Source of the DNA: Tubiluchus corallicola
Taxonomy: Eukaryota; Animalia; Priapulida
Direction of reading: 5' to 3'
NCBI GenBank assembly: GCA_030141605.1
Contig: JAQGDQ010000207.1
Coordinates: 170,526 to 234,525, forward strand
Length of the DNA: 64,000 bases
Under the pieces are notes generated by a model that was not told the origin of the DNA, ran no database searches, and saw only the letters and a program-made list of their open reading frames with translations. Position numbers and translations under genes: made by a program. Below, one piece after another: positions 1 to 64,000 of this stretch (the stretch's first letter is position 1; each line of letters begins with the position of its first letter).

Positions 1-1208
1 GCAATTTTATGCATATATCGTATTCGCGTTGAAAGGAATTTTTGTTTGTTTTCATTTTAAATCTCCCGCAATACTGTTCCGATGGCGCCATTACATGACG
101 TCACTACGCAAACATAAATCAGGTGAAGAAAAAGTAACGTTAATCTACGTCCCCTATATTACTTAGTATTTCGCTTATCTGCTGGAAAGATTTGTGTAAC
201 TAGAAATAATAATTTAAAATGTTCGTGCCAACTGATAAAATGTTGTTGGCTCACCTCGCAGGGTGCGCCACTCACTAGCCAGAAACGCATTTTTAATCTT
301 ATTGACATGGTACAGGAATTTAAAATTTTACTTAATTACAACATGTTTGCTACGAATTCTCTGATTATTTTTTCAAACTTTACTTAATGTTATCTAAACT
401 TGTTTCAAACGACCTACCATTAAAATGGCTGCGCCTAACGGTTATCGCGGGAGATTAAATTTACAAGTTTTATACAGCGTTACTGCGGACGCCAGCCCTG
501 CATGTAAAAAGGCAGTAAGTGGCATAAAATTTCAAGACGAGTTTTTTAATCTTCATGTTAGTGGAGGGTTTTCTTTAAGCTTACTGAATTTATCGTCGCT
601 GCAACTAGATACTAGAACTGGATGAAAATGTAATATGACCTAGCAAACCAATAATCAATGTGGCTGACTGGGTCAACTAGATCGGCAGCATAATAAACAT
701 GCATTGTTAATCTGGTTCTTTTGGAACCCCAGTAATAATAACTTTCAACGTTTTTGGCCAACCTTCAGACAAGTGCAGCTGTGCATCTGTCGCTGTTCAG
801 TTCCCATAGCTTGATCATTAGAATATCGATCTATTGGTGTATATATCATATCTTTCAGTGTTATTGAAAGTGAAAAGTAAGCTGATTCTTCTAAAAAACA
901 AAACCATAATTCTTTGCTGTTTACAATTATTCACAATTACAGCGATTTGATGTCAAATAAATATGTCAGTCAGTCAGTCAGGCAGGCAGGCAGGCAGGCG
1001 AGTAGGCAAGTAGCAGTCAGTTAACCAGCAATGCAACTAACCAAGCAACAAATCACTCAATAAATGAGTCAAGCAACCAAACAACTAACTAACCAACCAA
1101 CCATGGAATCCTGGGAGACTAATACTTTATATCTGCGATACTTCACGTAATTATATTGCTCTGATATCAAAAAATGTTTATGTTAAATTATAAATTATGT
1201 CATTGCAG

Positions 1209-7411
<6,203 letters not shown>

Positions 7412-7694
7412 TTACCTGGTGCAGCAAGAGAAACCTGAACACCTGTGTCAGTGTCACTTGACAAGATGCGAAACCAGTGCCGCCAATCAGCGGTTATTTG
7501 TCACAAACAGAAACCTCTGAGCGATTGAGAACAGAAATAGAAAACAATAGATAAGAATCCTAAACGAAGACAGCGTCGTCTTATTCGTTTGAGGCTTTGT
7601 ATCAGGGATGTATTACTAATTATTTATAAGCTTAGTATTAATGTTATTATTAATGATGGCACAAACCAACAATCTTGGTATAAATGTTATTATT

Positions 7695-7845
7695 AATGAT
7701 GGCATAAACCCACAATTACAATTAAATTTTAAAGCCAAACTTGGAGAACAGGAAATCAGAAAAAGTTTAAATGCGCCCGGATTTGAACCGGGGAACTTCT
7801 GCTTAAAGTACAGACGTCACAAACCACTAGGCTATCGTGTTTTCC
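7695..7845 (-). mobile_element. tRNA-derived SINE-like element
   Basis: Minus strand has A box TAGCCTAGTGG and T arm CCCGG-TTCAAAT-CCGGG but no acceptor stem; flank AAGCCAAACTT...AACAGGAAAT is shared with ~34330-34470 and ~42565-42690. Confidence 0.6.
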
Positions 7846-8719
7846 AGCTGAAACCAAACACTTCCCAGGGCTTGTCTTGAACGTGAAAGAGATCTCATAT
7901 AGTTACAGTGCTTAATAGCTCATAATTTCAACACTAGATGGTGTCATTAAACATATGCACAGCACACTGGCAGCCTACGTATTTAGATGTTAAACATTGT
8001 TTATACATATTTAAAACACTGATACACTCATCATTTAGGTTAGCATATGTTTCTACTTTTCTCATTTTAAGTGAGATTTCCATCAATTACCATTATTTTA
8101 GGAAATGTTGGTTGGTGCTTATAAGTGTACATTTACTGTTGTGAAACTTTAGCTGTTCTATATATGTATTGTGAATGTTTAGAGTACAAAATAGTTTAAT
8201 GTTAGCCCAATATTCGCTTCACACTGTCACATTTATGAGGCGTTATTGTCCGTGGACGTGCTTAGCCTATAATATACACTAATATTCTTGCGTTCAAACA
8301 CAGATTTTGAAAAGAATTATTATACATGTATCATTTAAGTCATTTTATTCTGTTAGCTATAGGTGAGTGCATAAAATTAGCGTGTATGCTAAAATACTAA
8401 ATAGTAAATCAGAATTTTGCTGATATTAATTTGTAAGTATTAAACAACTATTGTCAGTTGAAGTAAGATGTCATTTATAATTTGTCTTGTAGAGATGAAT
8501 GTGAAAATTGATCTAGTTTTAGGTAGACATTTAAAGAGAGAATAACCATGTATGTTTATAATTGCGTATATTCGGTTAATCTATTGTTATGAGTTAAAGT
8601 GAGCATAAATAAGCTTTAATTGCCTAATCTGTCTAATGAGCTATATAATCTCTATTGCATAGTTATAGAATGAGAAATATAATGTGTACTATATGTCTAT
8701 GTATAACTTACAGCGTGTC

Positions 8720-8857
8720 CAGACTAGAGAGTTTTCACTCGAGAGTTTTTCGGCGAGTTATTGCGAACTCTCCGAGAGTTGCTGAGAGTGTTTCTCGCAA
8801 GTTTCTTGCAGAACTCTGTTCATTGCGAGAACTCTCGAGAGAAAACTCTCTAGTCTG
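8720..8857. mobile_element. Short MITE / hairpin with 28-bp inverted ends
   Basis: CAGACTAGAGAGTTTTCACTCGAGAGTT pairs 27/28 with the reverse complement of the right end. Confidence 0.75.
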
Positions 8858-9193
8858 AACGTGTGGCAAAAATTTTTTATCATTATCATTTGATAATGCC
8901 CTTAGAGTAATGCTGTCACATTTAAAAAAGTCGTGCAACTTAGTGTATTTTTAATATTTATAGTGCAAAAACCGTTTCAGTGAAAATGATATAGCGCCAT
9001 GTTGTGTATTTCCAGTGCTGGATTTAATGGATTAATTAAAGCCCTAGGTCTCTTAGTTTAACGAAAAATAACCACTAAAGAACGTTCTAGTTAGTATTAA
9101 ACAAATATTCTTGTCCTACGCGTCTTATATTGTTGTACCTACACATGCTGTACAGTGTATATAGATATATATACAAATGAAGTATACGTTAGC

Positions 9194-9199
9194 AATAAA
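9194..9199 (+). terminator. Candidate polyadenylation signal of the SLC6 gene
   Basis: AATAAA at the end of an AU-rich UTR-like tract; not unique in AT-rich DNA. Confidence 0.25.
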
Positions 9200-9989
9200 A
9201 ATATTAGTTCTAGTCATTAAAACTACGAGTTGTATATCATTCGATATTATTTAAATTCTAATAAGTTTTAGACTCTAATAAGTTTTATAGTTTTGGTACC
9301 TAATAGTAAAATAAATAAATATATGGAGTTTCTAGATAAATAAGTAAGCAAACAAAGCAACGAATCGAGTAAGTTAGCAAGCAACAAGCAACCAAGGAAA
9401 CAAGCGAGTAAGTGAATAAACAAAAACAAAACTGACATAATCAAACAAGCTAAGAAGAGAACGTAGCGGCACGGAAGAGGCACTTGGAAAGAGTCAGTGA
9501 GTGCTAGACAGGAAGAAAGAAAAAGAGAGAAAGGCGGTGGCAAAATGTCTTTGTTAGCGCGATATATGCATAATTAAAATAATAATATTACTATTGTTAT
9601 TATTAGCCTGAGTGGATACAGGAATAACTGAGTGCAAAATAAGCGACGCCAGGTGTGATTAGCAAATGGATAAGTGACTGAGTATTGCTTCTGAGCACTT
9701 CGTTAGCCATGCTACCTGCCGCTGTTTGTCTCTTACAGGAATGACTCTGACGACTCACTGCTTCTTCTTGCAGGAATAATCCAAAGCCAGATATTTAGCT
9801 AGAATCCGACATTAAGTAATAAGTACTCGGTGTGACCCCTGAATTCGGGCTTGCTGAGTACCTAAATGTATAAATGTTGCTGTATACAGAAACATTCTTT
9901 TTATTTCGCCAAATTGATATTCACTTTTCGCTTTCAAAATCTCATTCCACCTATTTCAGGCATTGAGGTATCAACATTCCACTCACTTC

Positions 9990-10440
9990 TATCTGCAGCT
10001 AACAGCGGACGTTCTTCTACTCCTAAAGATAGATTTGGTTGAAGTTGTTGAACATCTCTATTTATCTTAGCTATCCAAGTTGTTTTACGTTTGCCAGGTG
10101 GTTTTTTTTTTGCAAGATTTTAAGGCTTTCTTTAGCGCGATTCTTACTGGTGCTTCATTTGGTTATCTTAGAAGATGTCCTAAAGATCTTAATCTTCGGA
10201 TTTTGACATGTGAACTCCAATAAATTTCTTTCGTTCTGGTGTATAAATCTTCACTCTTGATTATGTATGACAACCTTATCTTTAAAACTTTTCTAAGACT
10301 TTTATGAAATCTGCTTTTCTTGAGTAATCGTTAAACCCCAAGTTTCGCTGTTGTACAAAAATATGCTGGTAACGTAAGCATTAAAACATTAAATAATCGA
10401 AGTCTTACGTTAAGACTTAATTTCTTGCTAGTTAATAATA
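9990..10440 (-). mobile_element. Decayed RTE-clade LINE 3' fragment
   Basis: Minus-strand pieces resemble VRLRLFN..AYVTSIFLYNSETW, KIRRLRSLGHLLR and PPGKRKTTW, which are typical RTE ORF2 C-terminal motifs; frameshifted. Confidence 0.65.
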
Positions 10441-10670
10441 CGTTTTTGTGCAGAAGAAAAGCATGCAATTGACATTAGCAACAATATATAATATCGTATA
10501 AGCTTGGTCACGTGACAAACTTTCGTTGATGAGCGATGACGCGATAAGCAATGACGTGTGCGTGCGTCTAAGCTTCTGAAGCTTGATAGCTGATGAGATT
10601 ACAAATGACTGTCTGCTTCTACTCACTTTGGGCTACCTAAACTCTTGTATTTGTCCCTTATAAAGGCAAA

Positions 10671-27634
<16,964 letters not shown>

Positions 27635-27789
27635 TCAACATGGTGACATAGACATTTGTATCTTATCTGCTAAGGCGGCAGTGTGGAATTATTATTATTT
27701 TCAATTATATTATTCAATTTTTTCATTGTAATACATTATACAATGTATGTAGATTACAAAAAGTGCAAACAGAAAAGGAAATGGGTGCA

Positions 27790-28090
27790 ACTATTTGTAT
27801 TTGTATTTGTATTTATTCAACTCGACTGTATAGAAAAACATTACAGCAGAAATACAAATAACGAAATAATAAATATAATACAGAAGTAATTTGGTCAGGC
27901 TAAACCTTAGAAAGGGAGAAGACCACCGTCACCACTTACACTCACGACACTTACAGACATCCGCTTTAGTTGTTACGTTTAAAATACTATACTAATTAAG
28001 TTAGTTGTCTAAAGTGCTGTGGTGGACGTATTAACATTGGTAGCAACACGTTCCAAATGTTAATTAAACGGTTAGCAAAAAAATAATTGT
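27790..28090 (-). mobile_element. CR1-like LINE 3' end fragment
   Basis: Minus strand YFFANRLINIWNVL (CR1 FFSNRV.N.WN.L motif) with an (ACAAAT)n tail. Confidence 0.5.
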
Positions 28091-29165
28091 TGGGTGTGGG
28101 CAACCATTCATAAACCGCCAGTGAAGGTAGTGAGAAACCAAAGCACCAACTCCTCATTCACATATACAGAGAAAAGTTGACATTTAAAAGCATATATCGC
28201 AGAAAGAAATTTTTAAAAGACAGCCAAGGAGTTTATTTTTAGCAAAAGGAGTCCTAAAACGTTTGCTGTTTACATTGCTGTAACTTTTTAATCACTAATG
28301 ATATCATTATTGTTGTCATTGCTATCGTCTGCTTCATTGTGGTCATTTATCATCATCGTCGTCGTCGTTGTCGTCATTTTAACCACCGTCGTCATTATCA
28401 TCGTCATCGTGATTTTAAACAATAATTATAGCTGCAAAGATGGTAAATAATAATGGACTCAAATATATTAGAAAAGTCTGTTGTGTTTATACATTTTTAA
28501 ATTTACAAAGGTAACAATGAAAAGAGTAAACAGTTGTGTGGAAGAAACAAAACGTGATAGAACGAGAAAAAATGTAGGACTATACTAATTAAGTTAGTTG
28601 TCTAAAGTGCTGTGGTGGACGTATTAACATTGGTAGCAACACGTTCCAAATGTTAATTAAACGGTTAGCAAAAAAATAATTGTTGGGTGTGGGCAACCAT
28701 TCATAAACCGCCAGTGAAGGTAGTGAGAAACCAAAGCACCAACTCCTCATTCACATATACAGAGAAAAGTTGACATTTAAAAGCATATATCGCAGAAAGA
28801 AATTTTTAAAAGACAGCCAAGGAGTTTATTTTTAGCAAAAGGAGTCCTAAAACGTTTGCTGTTTACATTGCTGTAACTTTTTAATCACTAATGATATCAT
28901 TATTGTTGTCATTGCTATCGTCTGCTTCATTGTGGTCATTTATCATCATCGTCGTCGTCGTTGTCGTCATTTTAACCACCGTCGTCATTATCATCGTCAT
29001 CGTGATTTTAAACAATAATTATAGCTGCAAAGATGGTAAATAATAATGGACTCAAAATATATTAGAAAAGTCTGTTGTGTTTATACATTTTTAAATTTAC
29101 AAAGGTAACAATGAAAAGAGTAAACAGTTGTGTGGAAGAAACAAAACGTGATAGAACGAGAAAAA
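27986..29165. repeat. Near-identical tandem duplication, period 593 bp
   Basis: 27986-28570 repeated at 28579-29165; the only difference I saw is a 1-nt indel in an A-run; short unique junction (atgtagg). Confidence 0.92.
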
Positions 29166-31507
29166 CATATTTGGAAACATGAATTTGTCAACATTGTCAC
29201 CACGGTCTATTTGTTGTTTGCCAAAGCTGCGAGAAAAAATACATGACATTCTTAAAGTTAAAAAATTCTGGATGTCGACATATAACATACAACAATGGAA
29301 TGATTCAAAGTTGTTGGGCCAAGTATGTTAGCTGATTTTCGTACTTCAAAAGTGCTCAATTGTTTTTGTAAAATAGCAAAATTAGCTTCTATTACCATTC
29401 TCAACGTGTTGTTTTATATAACATGAAATTAGGATTACCATGATATGTGATTTTATTGACTATTGATCGTATATATAAATTCATTCAAAACTGATGACGT
29501 AATAAGATGTGACGCACTCAAGGTAGCGTGTATCTAAGTCACTGAGGAACATGATCTCTGGTAAACAAATTCATAATTCGCCGCTTCGTACATATTATGA
29601 TAAATAAAAATACTTTCCAACTGCTAAAAGGTAAACGGCTGGATTCTGTATGCGCATCCAGTAAAAACCAAGGTATGTATGATATAAAAATTATCTTAAT
29701 GTGAATCGTATATAAAATGTAGGATTTATGATGATTGCAACCACACACATTTTTATCAAATTTATATTTTATCAGTTGCTCGAAAAAATCTAGAGATTCA
29801 GAGTTCTGCCAGCAATCATCGTCCAAAATAAGTAATAATACAAAATTCTCTGCGTATTATTCGTCAGACACGTAATAATTGCTACATTTAAAAAGGTTCA
29901 CATCAGTATTGAAATTTCACAGCAGACTAGGTCCATTAAACGTATAACTGCAAAATTGTCGGACATAACAAACTTTAACAGGAAAGGAGAGGGAGAAGAT
30001 AAAAAGAAAGAGCTAGATAATAGCATACGACGGGTTGGCGTTAGTTGGTTTTAACTATGGACGTCGGTAGACAAGTGTTTTTTTTATTGGCCAATTTAAA
30101 CGATCTATTTAAAGCTTGAATCAGTCATCGATATGTAACATTTTTATGTCAGTAGTCACGATAGCAAAGCAACTACAGAACGTTACAAACAATAATGACA
30201 CTGTATGACAAACATACAAATTGCAGTCTGTGAGTCAGACATTTTTCATTGTCCTCTGATGAATATTTTTTGTGTTTGTTTGCTTCTCCCGCGTCACTTA
30301 TTTATCATCTAATTTTAGCAGAATAGCAGCATTCAAATAACAATAGAAAGCTACTTAACGACAATGATTATTTTATTTATTAGTTTTCAGTTGTTACCCC
30401 AATGAAATTTCTGTAATGAGCTAAGAGTTTGCATTTAAAATCTAATAGTGAGTAATAACAAAAACAGCTTCCTACTGTAATTTGATTGCCAGTGTATACA
30501 TTGCAGTTCTAATAATTCAAACATACATAATTCATATTTTTTCTGGTCTCTTATGTAAAAATTATACTAATGTAATAATTTATCATCCTTTACATTAGCT
30601 ATAGCGTAAATATAAGGAAAACGTTTTGGAGTCGTACACCTGATTTAAGGTACTTAGATTAGGACTCGGTTCAGACCACTCTACATATTCGGTGAATCAG
30701 AAATGTTTCTATATATGCCTACTCACAAAAAACTACTGGGACGACCAAATTTGCCAAAGTTGTTTTGCATTCATTTCCCAAATGTTATAAATGCTTGCTT
30801 TTTATAGTCTATGATTGTAATGTTCTTGATGCGCATTTCTATTTAATGGCTGTGAACAAAAGATAAAAAACATCTTATATAGCGCCCACAGCAGGGGTCG
30901 AATGACTGTGAGCCCAGTGTAAAGCCAAATAGAGACCTGTTACCTTCTTGCAATGGGTGTCTCGATTCCAGCTTTATGTCTATAAAGTAAATATGCACAT
31001 CAGAACAATAAAAAACGATGGCAGATACTAAACGAAACGTCAATGCAGAATATTGGTGAAAATCCCCAAGGTGGACACTTAATCAGATCTGACAGTTACA
31101 GTTAATTGTACCAAAAAGTAAGCACGTTACTGTAGGAAACAGAGGTTTTACCATTACTACACCCAATCTTTAACATCTACTGCCGAATTATCTGAAGACC
31201 ATTGACACAGTTTATAGTTGTGAGAGAGACTAATTTAAAAACTTATCAGTTTAAGAAAGCTTTTGACCTTTAAGAGTTGTGCATGTATTGTGATGTGTGT
31301 GTGTGTATGTTTCTATTTTTATGTTCCTTTGTAGTTTTGCAAACTGGATTTGTTCAGGACTGATCTGGACCTCTGCGTTGCAAACTAGTTGTTTCACCCC
31401 TGTCTACATTCTTTAGGTAATTCTACTGTAACAGTATTAGACCTGTAGTCATCCCGGCATCGAAATAATACCGAGAGAAACCTCAGTCCCAAAATCTGCA
31501 ATTCAGA

Positions 31508-44822
<13,315 letters not shown>

Positions 44823-45998
44823 TCCAAATGAATTTGTAGTTGATATGTAATTGGTATGGTTATTTTTGAAAGGAAAAGGTTTGATGTGATTAAAGATTAA
44901 TAGAAAATTCGTATTATTGATTGCGAAGAATATTAGAGTGTTTGGACAGTATTTATTGAAAAAGAGTCGGATAATTTAGACTTGTTTGTAAAAATAAAAA
45001 TGTGTAATGTTTGATAGTGTATAGTAAGTTATATTTGGTGAATAAATCCGAGAAGTTATGACGTTATCTCTGTACTTTTTAATAATTTTATACTTGGGTT
45101 GAAAATGCAACAACAGCGAGATTGGATCAAGATCTTCTGTGCAAAGCAGGAACACATTCGCTTGGTTCATTTGGATCACAAAATAATGTTAGGGATGGGC
45201 AACCTTTTCTGCCAAAGGTTTTGATTGTTTTGTTAGATAGTGATTACACGAAATCTACATGTGGAACTAGGTACATTCTTAGACTAGATATACTTGCTAC
45301 AAGAACTGGATTTAGTCCTCTTTGCGACTTGGTCTTGGTTTAGTAATATTCCGGACAGTGTCAACCAAGAGCTGATTTACAGGTGTACCAGAAATAAACC
45401 CTGATCAGCTTCAGGTATCAAGCATCTAGCGTCCACTCAGTTGGTGGCCTGTATCCAATACCCAATGACTCCGATGCTTTGGTATCTCGACAATAATCCT
45501 TAAAAATTTAAATGTCTTCAATTTTTGTCCTGCAACACCAGGTCTAAATTATGCCGTAGTATTACAACAAATTCATATTGGTGAACTAGCGGAATTTACG
45601 CAACTAAGAAGTTTCCTATTTAGTTTCGTTTTGCCATTAGCTGCAAACTACTAGTCTGGTGGCTTTAATTTGATTAGCTAATATCTACACTAGGGCTCAG
45701 CAAAAAGTTTAAAAACCAAATGGAAAAACATCATTATCTTCTATATTAATGATATTGAATTAAATAAACCAATATTAACCGAATTTTGTCTTGTTTGGAA
45801 GAAAGGAAATCTTTGAATATGCACATTAAATTACATCACATAAAAATTCTTGCTACATAGTATCAAAGATTTCTTAATATATACTACTTGGATATGTGCA
45901 TGAGAAGTTCGAAGTAAGAAGTAATTACTGATAAGAAGTAACTAAGAACAACAAAACAGCGTCGATAGATACGTTTTTTCTGTATATTTTTGTTGCAA

Positions 45999-46013
45999 GT
46001 AACCAATGGCAAC
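45999..46013. promoter_or_regulatory. RFX X-box consensus match upstream of gene 3
   Basis: GTAACC-AAT-GGCAAC fits GTNRCC(N0-3)RGYAAC, about 95 bp before the predicted ATG. Confidence 0.4.
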
Positions 46014-46107
46014 GAACCCAAGGGCCTAGTTACATTTCCTAAGTTCTCCGGAAGGCGAGTACCGCTGAACAACTATACATCTTCTGCATTTCCTGGTTGT
46101 ACGAAAC

Positions 46108-63756
<17,649 letters not shown>

Positions 63757-64000
63757 GTAAGTTTGACTTGATGAGACTTTTGAGAGTTTCCAATGTGCAT
63801 CCACATTTTTGCTAAGCAATGTATTTTGGTCTTTTTTTACTACGATGAACTATGACTTTTTGGAATTAAACTTGCAACTGCATTTCGTCTTTTTTACTGT
63901 GATCAACTATGACTTAGGCCTACAACTGTTATTGCACTATTCAGACTGACAAATAACATTCTGGGCCAAAATTGGTTTCAGTTCACTATTCATTTTGATC

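Noticed and set aside
7770-7845. Functional tRNA gene (also 35265-35325 and 58231-58300)
   Set aside because: A and B boxes are present but acceptor stems do not pair, anticodon loops are non-canonical, and flanks are shared among dispersed copies, which points to SINE heads.
45050-45540. Possible retroelement fragment between genes 2 and 3
   Set aside because: Only a weak GYRPP-like hint on the minus strand; not enough to call.

Overview
AT-rich, intron-rich invertebrate animal genomic DNA (species not identifiable from this window). Bases 1-9.2 kb hold the last 7 coding exons and probable 3' UTR of an SLC6 monoamine transporter, most like the serotonin transporter. The rest is a head-to-tail cluster of three paralogous + strand BTB-BACK-Kelch genes. 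I reconstructed them exon by exon with consistent GT-AG sites and phases: gene 1 10671-27634 (~1080 aa), gene 2 31508-44822 (~1242 aa), gene 3 46108->63756 (>=1242 aa, apparently running off the window). Each has a very long, unrelated low-complexity insert between BACK and the propeller: an RRxS array, a K/E/S-rich tract, or a 12-aa repeat. The propellers resemble Limulus scruin as I recall it. In gene 3 the last kelch exon reads straight into the first strand of a second propeller, suggesting a BTB-BACK-(Kelch)6-(Kelch)n protein, and gene 3 looks like a mosaic of gene 1 and gene 2. Introns contain a CR1/L2-type LINE with an esterase-like ORF1 and a 2A-like GIETNPGP motif, a decayed RT-bearing LINE, RTE/L2/CR1 fragments, MITEs, tRNA-derived SINEs and many microsatellites. 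A near-perfect 593-bp tandem duplication lies between genes 1 and 2.
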